Below, piece after piece: positions 36,160-48,700 of a stretch of DNA of 64,000 nt (positions within the stretch are counted from its first letter, which is position 1; each line of letters starts with the position of its first letter). Made by a program: the position numbers and the translations under genes. Source of the stretch: Scenedesmus sp. PABB004 (taxonomy: Eukaryota); contig CM026548.1 in NCBI GenBank assembly GCA_014905635.1, forward strand, positions 806,001 through 870,000, given 5' to 3'. Under the pieces are notes generated by a model. That model did no database searches. It saw only the letters and a list, made by a program, of their open reading frames with translations, and was not told the origin of the DNA.

Positions 36160-39100
36160 ATGGCGGGCGGGCGGCGCAGCCGCGGCGCCGGCGGCAGCGT
36201 GCTGGGCACGGCGGCGGCGTGGCAGGCGGCGCAGGCCGCGGCGCGGCTGCGTGGCGCGCTCGGCGCCGCGCCGGCCGGCGGCTGCCTGCCGGCTGCGGCG
36301 GCGCACGAGGTGCGCCGCGCGCTCGCGCTGCTTCAGCAAGGCGCTGCCGACGACGCTGGCGATGACCCGGGGGGCGCGCTCGCCGCGGCGGAGGCGCACC
36401 TGCGCGCCTGCCTCGCGCGGCTGCGGCCCGCGGCGGCGGCGGCGGCGTGTGTGCACGCGCACCTGTTTGCGGCGTGGGCGCGCGGCGCGGCGGAGCAGCC
36501 GCAGCCGCAGCAGCAGGAGATGGCCCCCGCCGGGGGGGGTTGGGGCCCGATCAGTCGGCGCTGGCGCCTGGGTAGCCGGCAGTACGGCCGGCTCGTCGTG
36601 GCGCTGGGGCTGCAGGCGCAGCTGCTTGACCAGCTCGCCTGGCTGCAGCTGGCCCCGGGCGCGGCGGGCGGCGCGGCGCGCGTGCGCGAGGGGGCGGCGC
36701 TGGAGTCGCTGCAGCTCGCGCTGCTCGCGCGCGCCGCCCGCGCCGTGCCGCAGCTGGCCGCGGGGCTGCTGCAGCGCGTGCTGCCGGCTGACGGCGCGGC
36801 CGGCGGCGGGTGGCGGCCCGGGCCGGTGAGCGCGGTGCTGCTGCTCAGCCTGCGGCGCGGCGCGGCGGCCGGCGAGGTAGCGGAGGGCGTCAGCTCGGCG
36901 CCAGACCGGGCGGCGTGCGTGCGCGCGCTGGCGAGTGCCGCGCTGCTGCTGGCAGGCGCGCCAGGCGTGGCGGAGCAGGGCGAGGGCGGCGTCGCCCTCC
37001 CCGTGGCGGTGCTGCAGCAGCTGCTGTGCGAGCGCGATGCGCCGGCGGCCGAGGCCGCGGACGGCGAGCCAGCGCACCTGCCGGTCAGCCGTGAGCAGCT
37101 CCTGGCGGCTGCGCTGGGGCAGCTGGAGGCGCTGCTGCTGGCGTGGGGCCACACCTGGTGCGACGGCGACGGCGCGACGCGGCACCTGCTGGCGCAGGTC
37201 CATCAGCGCCTGCAGGCCCTGCTGCCGGCACACCTGGCGCGCCAGGCGGCGCCCAGCGGCGCCGCCGACGGCGCGCCGGGCGGCGCCGCCCTGCCGGGCG
37301 TGACCCACCAGCTGCTGGTGCATGCCAACAGCCGGCTGGCGCTCACACTCATGCTGCTGGGAGGCCCTGGCGAGCAGCAGCAGACCGACGGCCCGCTCGC
37401 CGACGCTCCCGCGACCAGCGCCGGCGGCGGCGCGGCCGACTGGGCGGCAGTGCGCGGCGACCCGTTTGGCTGGAGCGCGCAGCGCCTGCTGCGCTGCAGC
37501 TGCCGCGGCGGGGGCAAACCCGAGCCGGAGCGTGAGGCGGGCGGAGCAGACGGCGGCGGCGCCGGCGGCGGCGAACGCGCCCTCTGCTGGCTGTGCTGCC
37601 TGGCGGCGCCACAGCCGTGCACGCCCTGGAGCAGCGGCGCGCCCGGCGGGCGGCTGCCGTGCAGCCTGATCCCCCAGGCGCAGGTGCCGCCGGTGCCGCC
37701 GCCGGCGCGGCCGCCCGTGGCGTACGCGGCAGCGGAGGCGCTGGCGCCGCCGGTCGCGCCCTGCGCGGCGGACGCCGCCAGCCACCTCGCCGGTCTCGCT
37801 GCTGCCTGGCTGACGCCGGGCTTCAGCCTGGGTCCCCTGCTGCAGCCACCCACCGGCGCCGGGGAGCCGGCGCTGGCAGATGACGGCGGCAGCGGCAGCG
37901 GCGGCGGGCCCGACGACCTGCTCGAGCAGCTCGCGGGTGCGGCCGGGGCGGACACGTTTGGCGCCCTGCGCCTCTCGGGCTGCCTGCTGGAAATGCTCGC
38001 GCACGTGGCGCTGGCCCGGCAGGAGCAGCAGCACCAGGAGCGGCTGTGGCGGCCCGCGTCGGCGCTGGAGGAGCTGCTGCTGGCGATGCTCGCGCCGGCC
38101 ACGCAGGCGCTGCACGAGCCGGCGCTGCAGCAGGCGCTGCTTGCCGCGCTCTACAGCGGCCCGGCCTGGCCCCGGCTGCGCAGCGAGCTGGCAGCGCGGC
38201 CGGGGCTCGCGGCGTCCGCGGCGCGCGGCCTGGTGGCCGCGAGCAACACGCTGGTGGAGCGCGACGCGGCGGCCGGCGCCGGCGCGGACGGCGGTGGCGT
38301 GGCGAGGCAGGCGGCGGTGCTGCCGCAGCGCGCCGCGCAGGCGGCGCTGCTCGCAGAGCTGTCGCGCGTGCTGCTGCTGCACGTGCTGCTGTGGCCCGAG
38401 CTCACTGTGCGGCGGCTGCTGCTGGACGGCGTGCAGCACAGGTGGGTCGTCGGGGCGGTGGCGGCGGCTGGCCAGGAGGAGTCTCTGCATCACCCCCCCC
38501 CCTGCCGCCTGCCCGCTTCGCCCGCCGCGCAGGGCACAGCAGCCCCTGGTGCTGCAGCTCTTCGCGGGAATGGCGGCCGCCTGCGCCGTGCCCGCGGCTG
38601 CGCCGCTCTGGCCGCCCGCGCCGGGCGGCCCAGGCGCGAAGCAGGAGAGCGCGGAGGTCAGCGTGCTGCTGGACCAGCTGCTGCGGCTGCTGCTGCCGCC
38701 GCCCGGCGGCGCCTCGTTCGCGGTCGGTGGCGTTGCGGCCGAGCAGGCCGCGCCGCTGGAGCTGACAGAGGGGCAGCGCGGGGCGGCAGTGTGCCTGGTG
38801 CAGCGGCTGCTGGAGGAGGGGCTGCTGCAGCAGCGGCCGGCGCTGCAGCTGCTGTGTGCGCGGCCGCTCGCCGCGCTCGCGCGGCGGCAGGCGGGCGCGG
38901 CGGCGGGCGGGTGCAGCCCATGCCAGCTGCGGCTGCTGCTGGCCCTGGCGGAGGGCCTGCTCGGCCTGGCTGCGGTGGGGCCGCTCAGCAGCGGCAGCGC
39001 TGGCAGCGCTGGCAGCTTACTGGAGCAGTGCATGGCAGCACAGCCGGCCTGTCGCTGCCCGCTGGTCGCGACGCACGCCACGTGCGAGGCGCTGCTGGCG

Positions 39101-40479
39101 GCCACGGACGGCGCGGCAGGTGCGGAGGGGCCGACGCTCGGCGAGCTGCTGCTGGGGCTGTGCGCCGCGGAGGAGCAGCTGCAGCAGGCGGCCCTGCTGG
39201 AGCTCCGGCCCGACTTTGAGGGCGCCGGCCAGGCGGTGGCCGTGCTCGAGGCGCTCTGCTTTGGGCGGCCAGCGGCCGGCAGGGCGGAGCAGTCGGCAGC
39301 GGCGCCGCCGGCGCTCCTCACCACGGAGCAGCTGCAGCGCCTGCCCTGGCCCCAGCGGCTGCTGCTCGCGCCGGCGGCGGCTGGCAGCGGCGCGAGCGCG
39401 GAGCTGAGCGCGCTGCTGCAGCCTCGCAGCCTGGCGCCAGGCGAGGCAGGCGGCGTTGAGAGCGTGGCCGGCGCGCGGCAGCTGCTGCTCGACTGCTGCT
39501 CTTTTGCCGCAGCGTCGGACACGCACGCGCTGCTGTTGGCGCAGGCGCTCGCAGCGGCAGCCGCGGGCGGCTCAGGGGGCCCGGACCCTGTGCCGCCGCC
39601 GCTGCCGCCGCCGCCGCCGCCGTGCCCTGCGGCAGGCGGGCCCGCGTCAGGCGAGCCGGGCTCGCAGCCGCTGCGGGACGTCGCGCGCGGCCTTGCGGCG
39701 GCGACGCTGGGGCTGCCCTGGGAGCTCACGCGCCAGGGTGCCACGCTCGCGCTGGGCCAGGCGCTGCCGTGGGCGGCCGAGCACCAGGCGGCGCGCGTGC
39801 TGCTGCGGCTGCTGCCGGCGCTGCTGGCGGCCGCGCTGCGCCCGCGGCCGCCGCAGCAGCAGTTTGCCGGCGCGGTGTGGCTGGCGGAGCTGCAGCTCGT
39901 GGCGCGGGGGTCGCTCCTCTTCCTCATGCACGGCCGCTGGGCGCAGCGGGCCCGCGGCGCCGCCCCCGCTGCGCTGCAGGCGGCGGGCGAGCAGTGCTTC
40001 AGGCGCGCCTCCCACCTGGCCATGCACGCGGCGGGCCAGGCGCGGGGCTGGTGCGGCGACGGCGCCGCCGGCGCCGCGGCGGGCTTTGACCTGCTCCGGG
40101 CGTGCGTGCGCGAGCTGTGCCAGCTGGCGGCGGCACTGTCCGGCGCCGGGCTGGACTGCGCGGCGCTGCAGGTGCTGCTGCTGCAGCTGCTTGCGGCGCT
40201 GTGCGAGTGGGGCGGCGACGGCGCGCGGCGCAACGGCGCGGCGGCGGCCGCAGACGGCGCCTGGCGGGCGGCGGCCGTGCCCGGCGGCGGGGGCTGCTCG
40301 TTCGGGGCCTTGTCGCGTGGGCGGGCGGGCAGCTGGCGGTGCTGCCGGGCGCGATGCGGGGCGTGCTGGCGCCCGCGGCGGCGCACGTGTGCGAGGGCCG
40401 GCTCTCGCAGGTGCTCGGCAGGGCGCTGCGCGAGGAGGAGGTGGCGGAGCTGGCGGCGGGGCTGGGCGCGGAGCCTTGA
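36160..40479 (+). CDS. Large (~1400 aa) Leu/Ala-rich helical protein of unknown function; one intron 38442-38532, apparent frameshift ~40290
   Basis: ORF 36160-39219 joins ORF 37880-40717 through a GT-AG intron (VQHR|AQQPL); CTG/GCG-rich coding-like codon usage; amphipathic helical segments; final segment LLVRGLVAWAGGQL...LGAEP*. Confidence 0.75.
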
Positions 40480-40587
40480 GGGTGAGAGGGGGGAGTGTGA
40501 GTCACAGGGAAAGGTTCACAGGGCGGCGCACCGGGCCGCGCAGGCGCGTGGTGCAGCGCCTCTCCCACCCCCTCGGCAACGAGCTGC

Positions 40588-42379
40588 TCAGCAAACGTTG
40601 GACACCTCCGCCCTTATCGTCAGCGTGCCAGACGCGCGCACGCCCTGCGCCGCCAGCGCAGCCTCGTCCCAGCCGCCGGCCATGGCTCCGACGCGGAAGA
40701 AGTCGGACCAGCCGTAGCTGTCGCCTGCCTTCAGAGGCGCCGAGCCGCTGCAATCTACCACCTTGCCCACCGCGCTGACCGTGGCGCTGAACTTGCAGAA
40801 CGTGCCGGGCGGCAGGCCCACCGGCCCCAGATACACGCCCAGCTTGGTGCCGCCGCTGCCCGCGTCCTCGCTGGCTGCCACATGCTCGCAGCACACCCAC
40901 AAGCGCCACGCCAGCCCCGCCAGCGGCGGGCTGAACCTGGGGCTGTCCAGGCTGAACATCCTGCCAGCGCTGGCAGACTTGCACGCTGCGCGCAGCTCCG
41001 CCACGGGCATCTCCCACACCGCCTCCACGCAAACTGGCGCCGGGCGGATGGACCGCGGGCCCAGCCGCCAGCTCGCAGGCGCAGTGGGCAGCTCTGCCTC
41101 CACGTGCGTATGCCTGGCGTCAGCGGGGGCCAGCCGCACGAGCGACGCCAGCTGCTTGAGGAGGGCGCCGTGCTCGCGCGTGAGCAGCAGGGCGTCAGGC
41201 GCAGACGTGGTCGCCAGCGCGACCAGCCACAAGTCTGACAGCTGCGGACAGCGCACCAGCCCCGCCAGCAGCGAGCGCCACGGCTGAGCAGGGGCTTGGT
41301 TCGCGACGTACTGCTGCACGGTGAAGAGCAAGCACCGTATCCTCCGACGCCACGCGCAGCTCGTCGCTCGACAGCAGCAGCGCCACGGCCGCCGTCGGCA
41401 GCGCCCACAGCGCGCGTCGCAGCTCTGTGTCCGCGAACACCTCCTCCAGGTCGCCTAGCGCGCCCAGCAGCATACGCGTCGCGTGCTTGGCGCCGCGGTT
41501 GGATGGCACCGCGGCGCTGATCTTGCCGCTGGCCTGCATCTGCTTCACGCACGACGCATTTTTGACCGCCGGCACCAGCAGCGGCAGCAGGCACGGCGGC
41601 CATGCCGGCAGCCCTGCCAGCGCCTCCAGCGCGCCCAGCGCCAGACCAGCCTCCGACTGCGCGGTCGCCATCAGGCGCTGCAGCGCCGCGGAGGCGGGGC
41701 CTGCCGCTGCCAGCCGGTCCGCCAGCACCGCCGCATGCACCAGCAGGGGCTGTGCCAGGCGCCAGCGGCCCCTCGTCGCCGTACATGCTGGCCAGCACCG
41801 CCAGCGCGGCGGGCTCGTGCTCGGCGCTGTCCAGCCGCAGTGCCAGGCGCGGCCGCGCCGGCGCCGCCAGCGCCGCCGGCTCGCTGTCCTTGCGGCGCCG
41901 CTTGTTGCCGCAGCTCGGTCCCGCCTGTGCGCTTGCCGCCTCCTGCCAGTTGTCGGCCTGCGCGTTGGGGCAAGCGGGGCGGGCGGGGCGCGCAGAGCGT
42001 GAACGCCGGCAGAGCGAGTTGGCTGCGGCACTCCTGCACGTGCTGCTGCAACACCAGGTGTTGCTGGCACCGCCGCCGTTGTCCGGTGGAGCTCCGGCAG
42101 CTCACCAGGGCCTGGAAGAACTCAGACTGGATGCACACGACGGCGCAGTGCGCCGGCAGGCGGCACAGCTCGCGCTCGCCGCCGTCAGCGTCGGCGACGC
42201 ATATGGAGAGGTCGGCGTCGGCGTACTTGTCACTGCGGAAGAGGCCCTTGATCGACAGGCCTGCCTCACGCGCGCGCGGGCAGCGACGGCGGCGCGGGGG
42301 TGACGCCCACTTCGGGTGCTCTCGCGGCGTCGCTTCCACAGCCACGACAGCACCAGCGGGGGGCGCGCTCACCCGGCAT
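40588..42379 (-). pseudogene. BTB/POZ-BACK protein with MATH-like C-terminus (expanded green-algal family), two frameshifts
   Basis: MPG|LSIKGLFRSDKYADADL...LPAHCAVVCIQSEFFQAL (BTB), intron 41958-42105, AVLASMYG, AAVLADRL, LGDLEEVF...LWALP..AV.LLLSSDELRVASEDTVLFTV (BACK), VRCPQLS, SYGWSDFF; frame breaks at ~41760 and 41327-41334. Confidence 0.65.
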
Positions 42380-42756
42380 GGCGACTCTGGCCCGGAAAAG
42401 GCGCGGGCGGCTTGCTTGCGAACGCCGCTGCGCCGCGCCGCTGGCTGGGGCGTCTGCAGCGCCTGCGGCGCGCTCCGAGCAGCAGATCAGCGCTATCCGG
42501 GCGTGATCGGGTGCGCCAGTCGGCCGGTGGCGGGCGGGCACTGCGATCGCCGCTGCTGCCGCTGCTGCCGCCGGTGCCGCTGCCGCCGGTGCCGCCGCGA
42601 TCGATCGACCGCGAGCCGGCCACGCACCACGGGCTCCTGCAGTGCGCTGTGGCGCGCGAGAGCTGCTTGCTAGCGGCTGGGGCGGTTGCCAGCGCCGGCG
42701 CGTGGCCCCTGCACCCCGCCGCGCGCCCATGCCGCCGCGCCCCTTGAGGCTGGCCG

Positions 42757-45700
42757 CTAGCCCGGCGCGGGCGGCCCTCCCTGGCCTGGCAGCCGGATGC
42801 CCTTCAGCTTGAGGCCCTTCAGCTTGAGCTTGCTGGGCGCCGGGGCACCCGCGATGCTCGCCGACGGCGCCGCGCCGGCGCTCGGGGACGGCGCCGCCAC
42901 GGGCAGCGGCGTCGCCGCCGCCGCCACCGCGCCGCCCGTCGCCGCGGGGCTGGCGCGGCGCCGCCGCCGGGCGGGCTGACGATGCGGAGCTTCTTCGCCG
43001 CCGGCGGTGCGGCGACCGCGTCGGGCGCCGGCGCAGCCGCCCCGCCCCCGTCGCCCGGCGGCAGCGGCGACGGCGCGGCGCGCTTGGCGCCCGCCGGCGC
43101 CGCGTCGGCGGCGGCCTGCTCCGTACCGGCTGCTGGCACGGGTGCCGCGCCCCCGGCAGCAGCGGGCTTGCGCAGCTTGCTCAGTGGCTTGCCGCGCGGC
43201 AGGCCGCCAGCAGCAGGCGGCGCCGCCGCTGCGGCGGGAGCTGCCACCTCGGGCTCGCTGCCTGTCGCCGGCGGCGCCGCAGCCGGCCCTGCGGCCGCCA
43301 CCGCTGGCCCTGCAGGCGCCACCGCCGGCCCTGCGGGCGCCATCGCCGCCCCCTCGCCGGGCTGGCTGCTGGCCGGCGCGCTCGGCTGCGGCGCATGAGG
43401 CAGGGGCGGCAGCCCCTGCTGGTCTGGGGTGGCAAACGGCGACGCAGCGCGGCCAGCCCCCGCCGCCGCCTGGGCTGCCTCGGGCGCCGCCGCCGCTTCC
43501 CCCGTCGCCGCCGGTGCGACTGCCGCCGCCGGCGGGACTGCTGCCGCAGCGTCCTGCGCCGGCTGCTCGCCCGCCAGCGCGCCAGGTGCGGCGGGCGCCG
43601 CCGCGCCGTCGGCGGGCGCGGCCGGCTGCGGCTGCTCGCTAGCCGCCGCCGCCGCCGCCGCCGCCGCCGCGGGCGGGCGCTGCAGCTTGACGCCCAGCTT
43701 GATGCGCATCGGGGCTGCAGTGGTGCCGGTCTGGCCGTGCGACACGCCGCCCGACGCCGCGGGCCGCGCGCTGCGCGTGCCGCCGCCACCGCGCGCGCCG
43801 CCGCCGGTCACGCCGGTGCGCAGGCTGCCGCTCGGCGCGCCGGCCGCGCCGCGCACGGGCGCGGCGCCGGCGGCGGCCGCCGCGTCGTCGTCCTCGTCCT
43901 CCCGCTCCCTGCGGCGCGCGGCAGCGGCGGCGGCGCCCTCGGCGGCGGCGGCGGCGGCGGCGGCGAGACGAGCGCGCGCGCTCGCGGCGCGGGCGGCGGC
44001 GCCGGCGGCGCCCTCCGCTCCGCGCAGGCGCACCTGTGCAGCGTGGCGGGCTGGCCGGCGAGCCTCTGCAGCAGCATGAATGCCAGCTGCCGCACCGCCG
44101 GCTCGCCGTGGCCCGTGAGGAGGCGCTGCAGCGCGAGCAGCGTGTCGACGCTCACCGGCACGACGCCGCCGGCGCCCGCCGCCGCCGCGGCGCCGCCGGG
44201 CGCGGCGGCCGCCGCGCGCGCCGCCGCGTCGGCTGCCGCGGCCGCCGTCGCCGCCGCAGAAGCCGCGGCCGCCGCCGCAGCCTCTGCGGCGGCCAGCCGC
44301 GCCGACGCGGCCTGCTGCTGCTGGCCGCCCGCGGCCGGCGGCGGCGGCGCGCCCGCATCCGCTGCGGGCCGCGCGTCGCCGGCGGGCTCGCCGGCCGCGC
44401 CGTCGTGCGCCGTCGTGGCCGCTGCCGCCTCGCCGTCGGCGGCGCCGCCCGCGACCGGCGGCGCGGCGGCGCCTGCTGCAGCCACCGCCGCCTCTGCCGC
44501 CGCCGCCTGCGCCTCCGCCTGCGCCGCCGTTGCCGCCTCCGCCGCGGCCGCCGCGTCGGCCGCCGCCTCTGCCGCCGCCGCCTGCGCGGCCGCCTGCGCG
44601 GCGGCCGTCGCCAGCACGCCCTCTGGCAGCACCGCGCCCGGGGCCAGGGAGAAGTAGCCCCGCGCCTCGAGCGAGCCCACCAGCAGCAGCGCCTCGCGCA
44701 GCAGCCCCGCGCGCAGCACGGGGCAGCGCTCCCGCGCGAGCAGCTGCAGCGCGGTGCCCAGCACGGCGTCCAGCAGCAGCGGCGGCTGGTACGGCAGCAG
44801 CTGCCACAGCAGCTCCGCGTACGGCGCCGACGCCGACGCCCCCGAGGCCGCCGCGGGCGCCGCGGGCGCTGCCGCCCCGCCAAACGGGCCCGCCGCCGCA
44901 GCGGCGCCCGCAAAGCCGCCCCCCTTCAGCGCCAGCGGCTGCTGCTGCGGCTCCTGCGGCGGCGCGCCGCCGTCGAGCGCCATTGGCGCCGGCCCGTCCC
45001 CTGAACCGCCGGCCCGGCCGGCCGGCGCCTCGAGCGCCGCCGCCATGCCGCGCAGCACCGCCTCGGCCTTGGCCGCCGCGACCTGCAGCAGGCAGCTGTA
45101 CGCCGTGGCGCGCATCGCGCGGCCGGCGCAGCCGCCGTCGCCGTCGCCGTCATCGGCGTGGGCGTGCTCCAGCAGGAGCACGCCGACCGCGTCGAGCAAC
45201 GCCGGCGCGGCCGGGTGGCGCAGGCCGACCGCGAGGCTCGTCGCCGCGGACAGGCACGCGCAGCCGAGCACGCCGCCGTGCGTCGACACGACCACCTCGT
45301 GCGCCAGCTGGCGGTCGAGCTCGCGCAGCACCTGCGACGCGCGCCGCGCCGCGCGCGCGCGTGGGCGCCGGGCCGCCGCGCGCGCCGGCGCGCGCCGGCC
45401 AGCGCGGCTGGGGCCCAAACTCCAACCCTGAACCCTCGGGCGGGGCTCACCCGGGCGAGGTCGTAGCTATTGTTGATGCGCAGCCGCCCGAGCGCCGCCG
45501 CGAGGCCCCCGAGCCAGTGCCCGTCCTCGATCGGGTTGCTGCTGTTGTCATTGGCAGCGAGCATGTCCAGCAGCAGCTCAAGCACCGGCCCGGGCGTGCA
45601 CCTGCGGGCGGCGCGGTACGGCGCGGGCGCGCGTGCGGTGTGCGCGCCGGTGGCCGGGCGCCCGCGCCGCCGCTGCAGGGCTCCCGGGCGCCGCGCCGCG

Positions 45701-48700
45701 CGCGCGCACCCGGCGTCGTCGCGCACGGACGCGAGCGCGGCAGGCAGGCCCTGGCTGATGAGCGCTTCACTCAGGTCGGCGAAGCTGTTGGGCCGCAGCA
45801 GCTGAGTGAGCGGATCGTACAGCCGCTCCCTGCGCGCGGCGGCCGGCGGGCGACAGCGGCGGCGCCACGTGCGTCAGCCCCGCCCGCACCACGCACGCGT
45901 GCGCGGCCGGCCGCAGCGCGGGCGACGGCGCCCGGCGGCGCCGCGCCGCCGCACCGCGTGAACGCCAGCAGCTCGTTCAGCGGCCGGTCGCCGCTGCACG
46001 CCGTCGACGCGGCGCCGAGCGCGAGCGCCGCATCCAGCCGCACCCTGCGGCGGCAGCGGCGGCGGCGCGGCTTGCACATGCGTGTCACGCGCCCGCCTGG
46101 CCCCTCCGCCGCCCGCGCGCGCGCCCGCCTGCCCCCCGGCCGCCGCGGGCGCCCGGCTGGCCGCTCGGCCGCCCGCGCGCGCGCCCGCCTGGCCCCTGAC
46201 CTGCAGAAGATGCCGGGGTTGCGCATGACCGCCGCGAGGACCGAGACGATGTAGTCGTTCACGCCCGCGCTGGCGGCGCCGAGCTGCGACGCGAGGCCCG
46301 CGACCGCCTGCGCCTGCGCGACGACATCCTTGCTGTGCTCCAGCTGCGCGCGGCGCGCGGCCGCGGACGCGTTGGCGAGGGAGCGGCGGCACTGGCGGCT
46401 GCGAGCGCGGGCGGGCGGGCGGGCGCAGGCGGGGCAGGCGCCGGCGCCGCACCTGCAGCGACCACCAGTGCGCGGGCTGGCGCAGCTGGACGCTCGCGAG
46501 CCACTCCATGGGGTGGTCGACCTGCACCCACAGCACCGGCACGCCGCGCAGCTCCGCCTCGCTCACGTCCACGTCCTCTGCGGCGCGGCGCGGCGCGGCG
46601 CACGGTCGGCAAGCAGCGGCCAGGGCGGGCGCGGTGGCAGGTGCGCACACGCGCGCGCGGGGCCGTCGGCGGCGCTTCGCGCACCTGCCAGCACCGCGCC
46701 CGGCCACGCCGCGCCGGCGCGGCCGCGCGTGCCGACGCCGCCCGCGCCGCGCTGCTGGCGGCGGCGCTGCTCGCCGACCTTGCTGCCGATCTTGAGCTCA
46801 TGCAGCGACAGCCGCTCGCCGGCGCCGACCTGGCGCGCGGGGCGGCGGGGCGTCGGCCGCAGGCGCTGCACGGCGGCGCGGAGCGCGGCACGGGCCCCGG
46901 CCTCGCGAGCGCGCGCCGCGCGCCCCACCTGCAGCGCATGCTCCTCGAGAACGTCCAGCTCGCGGACCAGCACTTTGAGCACGCACGTCGGCACCGCGCC
47001 CGCGAGCCCGGGCAGGCCGTCGGCGCCGCCCGGCAGCGCGGCGACGCCCGGCGGCAGCTCCGCCGCGCGCAGCGCGCCCCGCAGCACCGCGCGGCTGCCG
47101 CTCTGGCGCAGCGCGAGCAGCAGCAGCGAGCGCTTGGGGTCCCAGGTGACCCCGATCGTCAGCCGCGGCATGCCTGCGCGGCGACGCACAGCGCGGCGTG
47201 AGTGCGGCGGGCGTCGCGCTCCGCGCTCGCCGCCCCGCCGCGGCGTCACCGCCGCCGCCCGCGTGGCCACGCACCCGTGCCGTGCACCCAGCGGTCGAAG
47301 AAGCCAGGGGCCTCCTTTTTGAATCCCTGCTTCTTGCCCAGCAGCCGCATGAACTTGGCGGTGCTCACGTAGCGGTCAGCGCCCGCGCCGCCCGCGCCCG
47401 CGCCGCCCGCCGGCGGCGTCGCGGCCGGCGCGCCGCCACCGCCGCCGACGCCGCCGACGCCACCGCCGGCGCTCGCCGCGGGGGCGGGGCCCGACGCCGC
47501 CGGCGCGCCGCCCGCGCTCGCGGCGGGCTTGGCGGGCGTGCCGCCGGCGCCGCCCGGCGCCGGCGACGCGGCCGCCGCGGCCGCGGCGACGGCGGCGGGG
47601 TCGGCCTGCGCCGCGGCGGCGGCCTTTGCGGCGCTCACGAGGCGCTCGAGGATACGCCGCAGCTCGTCGTCGCCTGCGGCAGCAGGCGCGACGGCGGCGG
47701 CGCGCGTGGGCGCCAGGCCGGCGCTCGGCGCGGCGGCGGCGGCGGCAGCGCGCGCTGGGGCGCGCACCGATGCGGCGCTCCAGCATCTGCATGACTGCGT
47801 TCGCCTTCCACGCCAGCGCGGCGCACGGCTCCAGCTCCTGCCGGCGGCGGCGCGGCGCGGCAGCGCGGCGCGGCGGCGGGGCGCTCAGCCGGCGCTGGCT
47901 GCCGCTCGGGACGCCGCCGGCGGCGCCGCCGCACCTGCGTGCCGTGCAGGCGGCCCCACGCCGCAGTGACGCCGCGGTCGCCCGGCCTGACCCGGGGGCT
48001 CAGCGGGCCGAGCGACTCGCCGTCGTCAAGCACCGCCAGCGCGCAGCGCTCCTGCGGGCGGGTCGGGCCGGCGGCGCGGGCGGCGGGCGGGGCTGGGCCC
48101 CGCGCCCGGCGGCGGCGCGGGGCCGCGCCGGCGGCGCGGCGGCCCGCGGCGGCGCGCGTGCCGGGCGCGCCGTGCCGCCGCACGCGCCTGCCAGCGCTTG
48201 TAGGCCATCTCGTTGCTGCCCAGCAGCTGGCGCAGGCCCTGACCCTCGAGCCAGCCCGAGAGGCCGCGCAGCAGCCAGCCGTCCTCGGGGCCCGCCGGCA
48301 GCAGCAGGAGGCCCACGTACTGCCGCGCGAGCGCGGCGGCCAGCTGCTCCATGCTCGCGAGCCGGGGCTCCAGCAGCAGCGAGTCACGCACGAGCAGGCA
48401 CTCGCTCAGCAGCACGCTGCCGAGGCCGGCCTGCGCGGCCGCGGCGCGGCGGCGGCGGCGGACGCGTGGGCTGACGCCCAGCGGCGGCGCACACGCGGCG
48501 GCGCCGCCGCCCGCCCCCGCCGCCGCACCTGCCAGGGCGCCGCGAGCAGCGTGCCCGCCGGCACGACCGCGACCTGCAGCGCGCCCCAGGGGAAGGGCGC
48601 GTTGAGAACCTTGGCGTACGCCCGCAGCAGCACCGCCAGCGGCTTGAGCGTGTCGGCGAGCGCCCGCAGCTGCCCCGGCGCGAGGCCCGCAAGGCCCTCG

